Positions 10,161 to 20,384 of a stretch of 64,000 nucleotides of DNA are shown piece after piece. The notes below the pieces were generated by a model. The model made no database searches. It had not been told where the DNA came from and saw only the letters and a list, made by a program, of their open reading frames with translations. The stretch is from UHGV virus genome UHGV-0020019. One strand, given 5' to 3'. The stretch's first letter is position 1; the number at the start of each line of letters is the position of its first letter. The stretch comes from a virus. The position numbers were made by a program, and so were the translations under genes.

Positions 10161-10682
10161 TTAAGTATCTGCATAAATAGTATAATTTTCAAAATTCCCA
10201 GAGATAGACATAAGAGCATTTATGTATTCCTTAGTTCTTTTAAGTAACTGTTCATAAGTTCCCCAACCATTAGAAGGATTGTATTTCTTAAAGTAATCTG
10301 CATCCTCTAAAAGCTTCTTATAACATGATATAAGTCCCTCTACATATTCCATAGTAGGTTCTCCTATATTCATAGTTTCCTTTGGATGCCATAGTAAATC
10401 GTACAGAGTAGGTATCTTTCCATATATTGTTATACATTTACTATATAGGTCTACTTTACATTTATCAGCCATAGTTGTCAGATTATGAGTGAGATTAATA
10501 TGAAAATAAGTGTTATCTTCATAAGTCTTTTCCTCAATATCATCAGGATTAACATCAGGAAAATAAGTTAAAACTTCCTGCTTAGTAGCAAGCTCCCTTG
10601 TCTCCCCATTGTCTCTAATATAAACTCCTGTACCTCTATGAAGCACAGGAGTCTTACTATAAATATATAAATCTAAGCTCAT
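10161..10682 (-). CDS. Hypothetical protein, 173 aa
   Basis: ORF-track ORF. Confidence 0.45.
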   Translation of the reverse strand: MSLDLYIYSKTPVLHRGTGVYIRDNGETRELATKQEVLTYFPDVNPDDIEEKTYEDNTYFHINLTHNLTTMADKCKVDLYSKCITIYGKIPTLYDLLWHPKETMNIGEPTMEYVEGLISCYKKLLEDADYFKKYNPSNGWGTYEQLLKRTKEYINALMSISGNFENYTIYADT

Positions 10683-10833
10683 GATTCTTCTCTATTGATT
10701 TCATCTAACCATTCCTCTTCTACAAAATATGCAGAAGGTCCAAACTTATCACAATCAGCTAAAGAGCTATGTTCTTCAAAGTCCTCTAATTCCATATATT
10801 CTTGGATTTCTGGAAATTCAATTAATACATACT

Positions 10834-11301
10834 TCATAATTCTCCCTTGTCAAGTTCAATATATTTGTTAAGATACCATATAGCTTTCTTCTTATCTTGA
10901 ATATCGGTACCCTTATTATTTGCTCTCCATTGGTATTTGAAGGCATTCAATTCACAGAAAGCAGCTACTTTATGTTTACCAAAGACATCAATCATTGCCT
11001 CTATACATTCTATATTACCATTCTTGTAATGAGAAGGATGATTAACCATTTCTTTTTGAAGGTTTTCTTTAGTTGAAGTTGTAGATGCTTTGGTATAGTT
11101 TTGGATCTTTTCCAGTTCTGTTACTTCCTCTTCTATAACTTTTAGTTTATCTAAAACAAAAAATAAACTAAAAGGCTTTTCACTATTTTGTTCTATAGTT
11201 AATGTTATGGCAGATTTAATTTTTTGTATAGACTTTTTGATTTTTTCTATATGTTCCATATCAATATTTATATAATGCTCCTTTACTAATTGCTTTTCCA
11301 A
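10834..11301 (-). CDS. Phage protein with an HPSHY motif (DUF3310-like)
   Basis: VNHPSHYKNGNIECIEAMIDVFG...AFKYQWRANNKG resembles the DUF3310 signature; recognised from memory only. Confidence 0.4.
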   Translation of the reverse strand: MEKQLVKEHYINIDMEHIEKIKKSIQKIKSAITLTIEQNSEKPFSLFFVLDKLKVIEEEVTELEKIQNYTKASTTSTKENLQKEMVNHPSHYKNGNIECIEAMIDVFGKHKVAAFCELNAFKYQWRANNKGTDIQDKKKAIWYLNKYIELDKGEL

Positions 11302-11524
11302 TGAATGAACTCATAAGTTTACTATGTACTATAGTTTCCTCTGAGTCATCAATTTCATTATAAACCAGGTAATCATTGTTTTCATTAAGGGATATATCCT
11401 TAGAACTTCTTATTCCAAAGTTAAGGAGTACAAAGCATTCTAAAGGATAACCTCCTTCTACTTTTCTTATTAAATCATCAAGCTCCTTCTGAGAGTTGAT
11501 TTTCTGTGGTCTCTGATTCTTCAT
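11261..11524 (-). CDS. Hypothetical protein, 87 aa or less; overlaps the upstream ORF by 41 nt, so the true start may be internal
   Basis: ORF-track ORF. Confidence 0.3.
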   Translation of the reverse strand: MKNQRPQKINSQKELDDLIRKVEGGYPLECFVLLNFGIRSSKDISLNENNDYLVYNEIDDSEETIVHSKLMSSFIGKAISKGALYKY

Positions 11525-11528
11525 TTTC

Positions 11529-11945
11529 CTAAGAAATTAAGTATGTATAATTAACTTCTTTAAGACCATCTATCTGCATATCATAACCTTGCCGAGCAAT
11601 TTCTCTGGTATGAGTCATTGCTTCTGCAATATTATTAGCCCATAGAAGGACTTTATATTTTATAGTCTTCTCACTACCATCATCCAATAGGGTAGTATCC
11701 CTTAGAGTTGCTATGAAGGTATGGTCTCCTTCATACTGAGTAATAATCTCCTTGACAATAGACAGTTTCAAGCCTGTAATTTCAAAGTCTTCTACTTCCC
11801 CAGTTGTCTTATATTGCTCCAAGTAAGATGTAACTGCATGCTCAGCATAGGCAAATACTTCCTCATCTATAACGCATATTTCAATTTTCTTCTTTACCTT
11901 TCCATCTATTTTCCAGGCAACCTTTGCTTTTACTTCTATTAGCAT
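11529..11945 (-). CDS. Hypothetical protein, 138 aa
   Basis: ORF-track ORF. Confidence 0.45.
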   Translation of the reverse strand: MLIEVKAKVAWKIDGKVKKKIEICVIDEEVFAYAEHAVTSYLEQYKTTGEVEDFEITGLKLSIVKEIITQYEGDHTFIATLRDTTLLDDGSEKTIKYKVLLWANNIAEAMTHTREIARQGYDMQIDGLKEVNYTYLIS

Positions 11946-11969
11946 AACTGTTTGGTTTTAATGTTAATA

Positions 11970-12248
11970 CTATAGCATTGCTGCTATCTTTGGCTGATTC
12001 ATTTGCTTCATCTTGTAATTGATAAAACTTTGCCGAGTTTCATCTAACTTTGCAAGGATTTCCTTCTGAGTCCAAGTATTCTCTACAGGTACTAGAGGTG
12101 TTCCATTATATGCAATGTAGATTGTACCATCAAAGTCTGCTAAGCAGATAGCATCATGTGCCTCTGCTAAAATAGTATTCTGCCGAGAAGTCTGTTGCTT
12201 CTCTCTGATTGTTCTTATAAATTCCATTACTTTAACCACATTTATCAA
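11970..12248 (-). CDS. Hypothetical protein, 92 aa
   Basis: ORF-track ORF. Confidence 0.4.
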   Translation of the reverse strand: MINVVKVMEFIRTIREKQQTSRQNTILAEAHDAICLADFDGTIYIAYNGTPLVPVENTWTQKEILAKLDETRQSFINYKMKQMNQPKIAAML

Positions 12249-12981
12249 GTTTTTGATTGTTACTATTTACTATAAGATAGTCTGTAGATTCCTCAAAAGG
12301 AATACCTTCTTTATAGTTAAGACTCCAAGGATATGACCTTCTTAAAGCCTCTGTGAGTGTATCTACATTAGAATACTTAGCTCTAATACAATGCACAGCC
12401 TTAGTACATCTTGGATTATTAAGATCTACAGAATGGGCTTTCTTATTAGAACCTAAATATCCAAATTGCTTAGCTGCCTTATCACAAATAGTATTCCATA
12501 TATCTGCATATTCTTTCAAATTATATATCCCAAAGCCTTTTGTAGGGTCTTTTCCCATTATCTTTTGCATATCTTTACAACATTGAGAGAAAATACATGA
12601 AGATATTTGCAGCATTGCGGAAATATAATGAAGGGCAGAAAGACAATCTATATGCTTAAATTTAGCATTTCTAAAAGAGATATAGATACTCTTGTATAAC
12701 TCTTCTGTATTTTCCTCTAAGAGTTCATCAATATTAGAACTAAGGATGTTCATATATCTCTCATTCTGTCTACTTATAGCCATTAATTTATTTGGAAGTA
12801 AATCCAGCTGTTTACCTACTTTATTAATCTCATGCTTAATCTCAAATTTATAAAAAGACTTCTCTTCTTGAATATTTTTAAGATAATCATGGTAAGCATA
12901 TTTTGCCATTATAATTGAAGGAAGGCAACAATACTGGAAGTACCTCCAAATATCTATTAATTCATCTTCTGTTACTCTCAT
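12232..12981 (-). CDS. Hypothetical protein, 249 aa
   Basis: ORF-track ORF. Confidence 0.45.
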   Translation of the reverse strand: MRVTEDELIDIWRYFQYCCLPSIIMAKYAYHDYLKNIQEEKSFYKFEIKHEINKVGKQLDLLPNKLMAISRQNERYMNILSSNIDELLEENTEELYKSIYISFRNAKFKHIDCLSALHYISAMLQISSCIFSQCCKDMQKIMGKDPTKGFGIYNLKEYADIWNTICDKAAKQFGYLGSNKKAHSVDLNNPRCTKAVHCIRAKYSNVDTLTEALRRSYPWSLNYKEGIPFEESTDYLIVNSNNQKLDKCG

Positions 12982-13301
12982 TTATCTGTAAATTTAACAG
13001 GAATAGACCATCCATTCTTTATAGCTCTAGATAAATTAATAGGAGAGTCTCCTATAGCTTCAGCTGCACTTTGCAGAGAATCATAGACTCTTTTACCTAA
13101 TTGGACTTTCTTTTGCTTAGAGAGTATCATTCTCTGTTTACCTTCTTCAGACATGTGACAGACACCTCTCATGGCTTTACTTATTTTTTCTCTAGTTTCC
13201 TTGGAAGGACAATATCCTTTTTTCTGTGCCATATAATTAATTGTTAATGTTTCCAAAATGGACCAATTTCTTCTTCTGCTGGAAGTGGAAGCTTGTGACA
13301 A
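12978..13301 (-). CDS. Free-standing homing-endonuclease-type DNA-binding module (NUMOD3-like repeats plus a NUMOD1/IENR-like helix); no nuclease domain
   Basis: CPSKETREKISKAMRGV / HMSEEGKQRMILS resemble NUMOD3 repeats (GxxHSEETKxKIS). C-terminal SLQSAAEAIGDSPINLSRAIKNGW is NUMOD1-like. Overlaps the 3' end of the DNA polymerase ORF by 58 nt. Confidence 0.45.
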   Translation of the reverse strand: MSQASTSSRRRNWSILETLTINYMAQKKGYCPSKETREKISKAMRGVCHMSEEGKQRMILSKQKKVQLGKRVYDSLQSAAEAIGDSPINLSRAIKNGWSIPVKFTDK

Positions 13302-15412
13302 TACTTTGCTCCAATAGTTTCCATAAAATGCTTAGTTGCTTTTACTACTTCTTGGGTAAGTTCCTTAGGACACTCTTCACATATTTCATCATGTACTGGT
13401 ACACAGAATTTTACTTTATTCTGATAGCTCTTGTCAAGAATCCAAATATAGAGAGCATAGGTAAACTCTTTGAAGATAACAGCACCAAGACCTTGGGTTG
13501 TACTATTGACACTATTCTTGTCATATTTATTTCTTGCGGCAAAGTGCTCATCAGCTTCTGTACTTCTTGGTAATCCAGCTTCTTTTCTTTCCCTATAATT
13601 ATCCCAAAATTCTTTAGAATGTTGTCTAGCATACCATTTCTTCCAATCCCACCATCTAGAAATATGTCCTGTTTCTCTACATACTCTGATAATTCCTGTA
13701 GCTTCAGTATACTTCTTACATTCCTCCTGATACTTTGTAGCCCCAGCAAAACCTTTCTTATAATTGTCTTCTATTTGCATAGCTTCTTCTTTAGGCATAC
13801 CATAGTTACCTACCAGAGTAGCCCAATTACCTAAGAAGGCAAATGTAAACTCAGGTCCTTTGGCATCTTGTCTAAGAGAATGATATTTCTCCTTAATATC
13901 TCTAATATCCACATCACGAGGAATCTTATCAGGATATATAAGCCAAGCTACATAACTATGCATATCATATCCTTTTTCAAATACTTCAAGCATACCTTTA
14001 TCTCCAGATAGACTTGCCAGGAGTCTTGATTCTTCGCTGTTGTAGTCTATTGAAATGAAATCATTACCTTCCTCTGCAATGAAGCAGGATCTTACTTCAT
14101 CAGTATTAGGGAGATTCTGAATCTGAGGATATGCACATACATCTTCAGGATGCCCTTTTCTTGGTTTTAAAGGGAGACTTTTTAGTTTAGCTAAATCTTC
14201 ATTCTGCTTTTGAGAACCACAAGACAATCTTCCTGTTACAGTATCTAGTTGACGAAATTCTGTATGAAGTCTTCCTGTCTTAGGATTTACTGCATTAGTA
14301 TATTGTGGCCCATAAGTAGAACAAAGTTTATCCAGTCTAGAATACTCTAAGTATAAATTTGCAAATTCAGGATTAATATTCTTTTGCTTCTTTACAAGGT
14401 CTGCACCTTTACTTTCTGTTTCTTCCTTTTTTTCTTTATTCCAACCCTTTGTGTTAAAGCCTAAATACTTTAAGAGAGGAACAACATCATCAGTACTACT
14501 CCAGTTAATATTACACTTGGATTTATTGGAAGTATCTACATCCTGGAATAAATCTAACTGAATAGCTTCTCTGATGAATTTCCTATTTCCAAGGTTTACA
14601 ACAAAGGTATTAAGAGCATCTATTGTTTTCTGAAGGTCAATACAGTTTCTTTTATAAATTTTCATCCATTTATCTGCATCAAGTTTAACTCCACAATACT
14701 CAAAGTAAGCAAGAGATAAGACAGCACTACATTCTATCTGTAGAGCAGGCATAGCATTAATAGATTTGAAATATTCTATTTGAGCATTCATAATGTCTCC
14801 TAAATGAATAACATCATTAGCACCGTAGATTATTACGTCTTCTGTTATACCTACATATTTAATAGTACCTCTTATGGATTTATCTATGTTTATTCCAAGA
14901 TACTTATATCCTAAAGCATCAAGAGCAAAGCTTAACTCATAATATGAATAACTTGGTTTGCCTTTTGTTGCTTTTGTGTGCTTTATATGATAGGGAAAAT
15001 CATACTCCTGTGCTCTATATTCCTTTGGAGAAACTGGTATTCTAGGAAATCCAAAGTATCTAAGCATTTCTGCTATCATTGTATCATAACACTTTCTTAT
15101 AAAAATACCTATTGCCATAAGCATTTTTGCATCATACTTTAGATTCTGTCCTACAAGAAAACTCTGTTCTATAGCTTCTTTATAAAGTAAAGGATTTATA
15201 GTAGTACAATCTACTACAATTTGAATCGATTTATCCATCTTTCCAAACTGCATAAGTAGCACTTTTGCTATATGACAATCAAGTCCTGTACCTTCAGTAT
15301 CAAACATGAAAATTTTCCAGGACTTAATCATCTCTATAGATTCTTCTATTGATAGTGGTTTATAATTTTCACTTTCAAATAGAGACTGTTGCTTAGATAC
15401 AAAATATATCAT
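13244..15412 (-). CDS. Family A DNA polymerase with an N-terminal 3'-5' exonuclease domain
   Basis: Exo motif FMFDTEGTGLD. Pol A motif A FISIDYNSEESRLLASL, motif B RQDAKGPEFTFAFLG, motif C VPVHDEI. 722 aa. Confidence 0.8.
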   Translation of the reverse strand: MIYFVSKQQSLFESENYKPLSIEESIEMIKSWKIFMFDTEGTGLDCHIAKVLLMQFGKMDKSIQIVVDCTTINPLLYKEAIEQSFLVGQNLKYDAKMLMAIGIFIRKCYDTMIAEMLRYFGFPRIPVSPKEYRAQEYDFPYHIKHTKATKGKPSYSYYELSFALDALGYKYLGINIDKSIRGTIKYVGITEDVIIYGANDVIHLGDIMNAQIEYFKSINAMPALQIECSAVLSLAYFEYCGVKLDADKWMKIYKRNCIDLQKTIDALNTFVVNLGNRKFIREAIQLDLFQDVDTSNKSKCNINWSSTDDVVPLLKYLGFNTKGWNKEKKEETESKGADLVKKQKNINPEFANLYLEYSRLDKLCSTYGPQYTNAVNPKTGRLHTEFRQLDTVTGRLSCGSQKQNEDLAKLKSLPLKPRKGHPEDVCAYPQIQNLPNTDEVRSCFIAEEGNDFISIDYNSEESRLLASLSGDKGMLEVFEKGYDMHSYVAWLIYPDKIPRDVDIRDIKEKYHSLRQDAKGPEFTFAFLGNWATLVGNYGMPKEEAMQIEDNYKKGFAGATKYQEECKKYTEATGIIRVCRETGHISRWWDWKKWYARQHSKEFWDNYRERKEAGLPRSTEADEHFAARNKYDKNSVNSTTQGLGAVIFKEFTYALYIWILDKSYQNKVKFCVPVHDEICEECPKELTQEVVKATKHFMETIGAKYCHKLPLPAEEEIGPFWKH

Positions 15413-15852
15413 TCCTTACTATAAGCTATCAATTCATCAAAGTCAAGGACATATTTGAACTCATTGAAAAACTTTGAGCCAAGCATGCCATTAACTGTAA
15501 CTCCAGTCTCTTTCTTTATGGAATTAAAGGCAGCACTCATATCCTGAATAACATAAGGATATTCATACTCCTTGTCTTTATAAGACATCTTGATAGTGCA
15601 TACTCCTGCCTTTTGAGCATTACCTTCAAGACCAGAGATGTTAGTTTCTACATTAAGCATTTTATGGTCAATGCTCTTTAGAATATTGCTATCAATGACA
15701 CAATTGTTAGAGCCTGTATCAAGAAGAAAGTTAATCTTCTTATCTCCTTGACGGAATGTTACTACGGGTAGTTCTGCAAGATCCATTGAATTTTGAAAGG
15801 ACATTGCCTGAGGATGAATGTTGAGAAATTTATGAATTATCTTTTTTATCAT
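15409..15852 (-). CDS. Retropepsin-like (clan AA) aspartic peptidase
   Basis: FLLDTGSNNCVID (the DTG catalytic motif) and a downstream NGMLGSKFFNEF flap/GxLG-like motif; 147 aa. Confidence 0.6.
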   Translation of the reverse strand: MIKKIIHKFLNIHPQAMSFQNSMDLAELPVVTFRQGDKKINFLLDTGSNNCVIDSNILKSIDHKMLNVETNISGLEGNAQKAGVCTIKMSYKDKEYEYPYVIQDMSAAFNSIKKETGVTVNGMLGSKFFNEFKYVLDFDELIAYSKE

Positions 15853-15857
15853 AGTTT

Positions 15858-16058
15858 TTAGTTTAATGTTATATTTGCTGTACAGCCTTCTGTATCAATA
15901 TCAATAGGAAGAATATTCTCAGTTATCATATATTCTACATTACTTTGTTTAAAGCCCATCTGAGTGCAAATGTCATCACCATCAAGATTCTCAAGACTTT
16001 CAGGGACATCCTTAATGATAACTTCTCCTGTACAATAATCCAAGACTGCAATTTTCAT
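15858..16058 (-). CDS. Hypothetical protein, 66 aa
   Basis: ORF-track ORF. Confidence 0.35.
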   Translation of the reverse strand: MKIAVLDYCTGEVIIKDVPESLENLDGDDICTQMGFKQSNVEYMITENILPIDIDTEGCTANITLN

Positions 16059-16118
16059 AGTTGTAATATTTTAAAGACATTGTCCTAGGAAAGGACAATG
16101 CACAAGATTAATTAATAA

Positions 16119-16649
16119 TTATTTAGTTCCTGTTGTTGAGAAGCCTCCTCTATCTTTTTTTGCAGGAAGGTCATCTACTTCAATGATTTCAATTCCACTA
16201 GTGAACAGCCACTTCAGTTTTTGCCACATTGTTGCCTTTTGGCTAAGCTGAATTTTAAACTGGCATATTCTATCATTGATTGCTATTGTAGTATTTCTAA
16301 GAGCTACTGCTTGGAACTTCCATTCATCATTTGGTCCATTATATCCAAACTCTCCACCATCAATAACTCCATAGGCATTAGTCTGTAGAACACCATAATT
16401 ATTGAAGGTTCCACTTCTAGCAACTACATTTGCTTCCATACCACCAGGCAACAACATTGCTACTCCAAGAGGAATAAGAGCTGTACTAAACTCTACTTCC
16501 TTAGGTTTACCTTTTGCAGTAGTCTTAGTAACAGGAGCTTTCAGTGTTACTTCTGCTGCACTTCTAAGGTCAATCCAATCCCCTTTGGCAATAATTTTAG
16601 GGAGTTCTACATCTTTACTAAATCTCTTAATATATATCTTCTGTTTCAT
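16119..16649 (-). CDS. dut: dUTPase-like protein
   Basis: GDWIDLRSAAE (cf. AGYDL), RSGTFNNYGV (cf. RSG), GVIDGGEFGYNG (cf. GVIDxDYRG); 176 aa. Confidence 0.55.
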   Translation of the reverse strand: MKQKIYIKRFSKDVELPKIIAKGDWIDLRSAAEVTLKAPVTKTTAKGKPKEVEFSTALIPLGVAMLLPGGMEANVVARSGTFNNYGVLQTNAYGVIDGGEFGYNGPNDEWKFQAVALRNTTIAINDRICQFKIQLSQKATMWQKLKWLFTSGIEIIEVDDLPAKKDRGGFSTTGTK

Positions 16650-16653
16650 TTTT

Positions 16654-17124
16654 TTACTTTTTAAATTTAAATGTTATATCATGTTCATAATAACTACCAT
16701 CTCCCTGATGTTCTATCTGATAGAACCTTTGGTTAGTGGTAGGAGAGTTCAGACCTCCTAATTCATGGTCATAGTGACCGAGCTTAACAAAATCCAGATA
16801 TTGCATGATACCCAGTTTATCCTTTGGTATCATATCCAAGCCACAATACCATGCAGTCTTTACTTTTTTATAAGCATATTGGAATAGCTCTGTAAGAGTA
16901 TCTATATCATGCTCTCCACCAAGTAACAGGAGAGTAGTGATGCCTTTATGAGCATCTAATAGATTCTGCAACTCCTCTATAGTGAGAAGTGCACCTTTAT
17001 CTTCCCATAGTTCCCTTGAATGGCATCCTTGGCATCTTATCTGGCATCCAGAAATAGATACCCCCAGAGTTATCTCTGAGGGCACTTCTGCAAATATTTC
17101 CTTGCAGTATAAATATTTTAGCAT
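16654..17124 (-). CDS. nrdG: Anaerobic ribonucleotide reductase activating protein NrdG (radical SAM)
   Basis: CxxxCxxC cluster ISGCQIRCQGCHS; 156 aa; sits immediately downstream of nrdD. Confidence 0.75.
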   Translation of the reverse strand: MLKYLYCKEIFAEVPSEITLGVSISGCQIRCQGCHSRELWEDKGALLTIEELQNLLDAHKGITTLLLLGGEHDIDTLTELFQYAYKKVKTAWYCGLDMIPKDKLGIMQYLDFVKLGHYDHELGGLNSPTTNQRFYQIEHQGDGSYYEHDITFKFKK

Positions 17125-19316
17125 ACATCTTCCTTTTTAGTATATACTCTTGTCTTCTGCTCTATTTGTCTGCCTTTAGACCAATTGCTAATCTTAGTAA
17201 GATAACCAATTACACGGTCATAATAACTAATGTGTTTACTACCACATTTTGGGCATTCTGTAATAGGATGTTTAGTAATAAAACCACAATCATCACATTC
17301 ACTATTAGGTACATTAAATGTGAAATATTTACATCCTTCCTCTGCGGCATATTTGATGATCTTTAAGTATTGTTCTTTATCCAAATGACTATCCAAGCCC
17401 ACATGGCATGCAGAACCTCCATCTAAATTATCTCCACATACTTCTTTACCGTGTAAATGAATTTTATCTAATACAGGGATTTCAATATCATTAGGCTTAA
17501 AGATATAGGAAGCATAGAGATTAGTATCCTTTGGAACCCAATATCCATCATTTTTATCTCTATTATACAGTTTTATAGCAGCAGATTCACAAGGTGTAAA
17601 TTCTGTATTGAACATACAATCTTTAGTTTTATGAAGGGCATTTTGCTCCTTGATAGTACTAAAAATCATACTACAGAACTCTTCGTATTGCTTATTTTTA
17701 TTACATTTCATGTCTAAGAACTCTGCTGCTTGATTTAAACCATTAATACCTATAGTAAGATACTGCTTTTTCATATTAATAAATCCTGCATTATATACAG
17801 TAAGCAAATTCTTCTCATAGAGATATTTGAGGATTTCATTATATGCAGTTTGATACTTATATACTCTATCGAGAATAGCTCCATCTTCTCTAATGTAATC
17901 CATTAAATCAGGATAGCTTTCTTTTGCTCTATTTTTATTCCACCCTGAATTATGAGTTTTCATCATTTTATACCAATCTTGAATAATCCTATTGAGATTG
18001 AGAGTAATAACATTCTTTGAACCAGTCATCTCACTGAGCTGACCATTGGTGAAGTTAAACTGTGGCTTAGATAACTTAGAAGAAAGACGGCAACATGATG
18101 ATAAGCTGTCTACACTATCACTTATATATGTAAAGAAACTATCACCTTCTGCATATTCCTTTGCTGCAAACTGATATAAATCTTCATCAAGGAACTTATG
18201 GTTTTGATATATAAGACAGAGTGATACAACAGGAAAAGTTAGTATGCACTTTAATCTCTCTTCATTTAACCAATGCATAAAATCTTTCTGTAACCATGTA
18301 AGAGATTCCCATTTTGGCTTAGTACCATCAGGGAAATAGAAATCTCCGTACATAGTATCAAAGAAAGGCTTATCAAAGATAGACAAGTTCCAAAAACAAG
18401 CTTGATTTCCTCTTGATCCTGATGGTTGCATAAGAGAATAGCATATCTGCTGAAAATACTGATGTATTTGCTTTTGAATTGTCATTTGTCTTAGACAATG
18501 TTCTGATGTAATAATTGTCTCAGGCTTCTGATAATAATTATCTCCCCATTCCTTTCTAAGAAAATAATCCATACAAAGTAGCATTCCTGGAGTAGCTACA
18601 GCCCCTTTATACTGAGCAGCAATGGCAAATACAAGATTTACAAAAAGACCACAGAAACTGTCAATGTTCTTAGGAGCAGCACTCAAACCTCCAATATCCT
18701 TTATACCATTCTTTAGGAAAGGGTAAAGAGTAATAGCAACACAATATGGCATACCAATCTGTGAAGAAAGATCGTGGGGGTAAAGTATAGTATTAATATC
18801 TATAAGGAATTGTTCTGCCAATTCCTTACCATAGAGTTCCTTAATTTTATCATACCATATTCTAATATTAGTTTCCTTATTGTCCTCTTTATGAATTTCA
18901 GTATTCATTACTGCAATATTATGTGTAGCAACATTACTATTGTCATCAATAGTTGCATTTGCAGTATTATCTGATTTAACAAAGTTATCAATAAACTGAA
19001 GATTTCTTGCTACATTATCTCTGATTTTCTTATGTTGTTCTCTATAAAGCATATAAGCCTTGCCTACAGGAAACCAACGCTTACAGAGGAACTTTTCTAC
19101 CTTATTTTGAATACACTCTATAGTGATTTCTTCCTTAACAGGATCGTCCATGGTAGCAAGAGCACCATTACTAAGATTGCTAATAAACTCAGTAATATTC
19201 CTTCTATCCACCTCACCAATTCTATAGTTGCAGGCCTTAAATGCTTTAAGAATTGCTCTTTCAATCTTTTCAGGATTAAATTCTTCTTTAGTGCCATTAC
19301 GTTTTACTATTAACAT
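17118..19316 (-). CDS. nrdD: Anaerobic (class III) ribonucleoside-triphosphate reductase NrdD
   Basis: N-terminal ATP-cone (VKRNGTKEEFNPEKIERAI). C-terminal Zn ribbon CDDCG...CPKCGS and glycyl-radical region RVIGYL. 732 aa. Confidence 0.85.
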   Translation of the reverse strand: MLIVKRNGTKEEFNPEKIERAILKAFKACNYRIGEVDRRNITEFISNLSNGALATMDDPVKEEITIECIQNKVEKFLCKRWFPVGKAYMLYREQHKKIRDNVARNLQFIDNFVKSDNTANATIDDNSNVATHNIAVMNTEIHKEDNKETNIRIWYDKIKELYGKELAEQFLIDINTILYPHDLSSQIGMPYCVAITLYPFLKNGIKDIGGLSAAPKNIDSFCGLFVNLVFAIAAQYKGAVATPGMLLCMDYFLRKEWGDNYYQKPETIITSEHCLRQMTIQKQIHQYFQQICYSLMQPSGSRGNQACFWNLSIFDKPFFDTMYGDFYFPDGTKPKWESLTWLQKDFMHWLNEERLKCILTFPVVSLCLIYQNHKFLDEDLYQFAAKEYAEGDSFFTYISDSVDSLSSCCRLSSKLSKPQFNFTNGQLSEMTGSKNVITLNLNRIIQDWYKMMKTHNSGWNKNRAKESYPDLMDYIREDGAILDRVYKYQTAYNEILKYLYEKNLLTVYNAGFINMKKQYLTIGINGLNQAAEFLDMKCNKNKQYEEFCSMIFSTIKEQNALHKTKDCMFNTEFTPCESAAIKLYNRDKNDGYWVPKDTNLYASYIFKPNDIEIPVLDKIHLHGKEVCGDNLDGGSACHVGLDSHLDKEQYLKIIKYAAEEGCKYFTFNVPNSECDDCGFITKHPITECPKCGSKHISYYDRVIGYLTKISNWSKGRQIEQKTRVYTKKEDVC

Positions 19317-19339
19317 TATATCTTATTATTATACAGTTA

Positions 19340-20383
19340 TTATTCTTTAGGTTTCAAACAATCAATGATATTAATTCCATCCTTATCAATGCCTTTTGGT
19401 ACTTGAGGTCTGAAGTTCAAGTAACTCTGAAGTTCTTTACCTATCTCAAATGGGTCTCTGAACTCCTTGCCTTCATTGTTAATAAGAGTGCCTTTAGCCC
19501 TTGTGAGAGGGAACTCCCACACAAGAGGAATGAGGGACTCTTTGTTGACAACAATAAAACGATAATCCTCAAGAGTGAAATCCTTGAAGTAAGGATCATT
19601 AGACATATTAGCTTTAAGAATACGCCAATATAATCTTGCCTGTATCATATAAGACCATTGCTCAAAGCTATCTTGAAAATCCCATTCTTTGTGTCCACTT
19701 GTCTTTAGGTCAATAGGATATACCTTCTTTTCCTCATAGTCAACAACAGCTAAGTCCATCATACAGCGATAGCAAACACCTTCAAACTTAGCTTTAAATT
19801 TCAACTGATAATATCTCTTGATAGGAGATAGAGGGTCATTGTCTGCAAAATAGCCTTGAGTTGCAGGTGAAGTCTTTAATGCCTGAACCATGTTAATAAC
19901 CCTATCATAAGTAGGTCTATCTACAACAGTTTTAGTACCAGCCTGTGTCTTAAGGTTATAATACATAGCAGTTCTCTCAGAGATAACCCTTACTCTGGTT
20001 TCATCTCTCCAATTCTTCTGCCATCCTACTTCATTGATCACTGCAAGGAGGGCATCACTTGGAATATATGAAAACATCTCACATGAATCGTGGTATCTCT
20101 CATATAGCATATCAGCTATTTGCTGTTCCTTCTCTCCTATAGAAGGGAAATCTGCAATATAATATAGTTCATTAAATTCTTCTTCTGAACCAGTGATAAG
20201 ACAATCTACCATAGAGCCTTCAAGTAAGGATTGAGTAGAGATCTTATCAAAGAGATGGTCTAATTTATTGAAGCCTTCTCTTTCAAATCTTGCAAGTGTA
20301 GAATAGCTTAATGCAGGATCAGCCCTGTATTCTCTTTCAGACACTTGCCAACTAATATCTTTTAGTTCCTTTACTATTTCCAT
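19340..20383 (-). CDS. PD-(D/E)xK family nuclease, phage exonuclease / YqaJ-like
   Basis: MDLAVVDYEEKKVYPIDLKTSG (D...ExK-type motif); 347 aa. Confidence 0.5.
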   Translation of the reverse strand: MEIVKELKDISWQVSEREYRADPALSYSTLARFEREGFNKLDHLFDKISTQSLLEGSMVDCLITGSEEEFNELYYIADFPSIGEKEQQIADMLYERYHDSCEMFSYIPSDALLAVINEVGWQKNWRDETRVRVISERTAMYYNLKTQAGTKTVVDRPTYDRVINMVQALKTSPATQGYFADNDPLSPIKRYYQLKFKAKFEGVCYRCMMDLAVVDYEEKKVYPIDLKTSGHKEWDFQDSFEQWSYMIQARLYWRILKANMSNDPYFKDFTLEDYRFIVVNKESLIPLVWEFPLTRAKGTLINNEGKEFRDPFEIGKELQSYLNFRPQVPKGIDKDGINIIDCLKPKE

Positions 20384-20384
20384 A

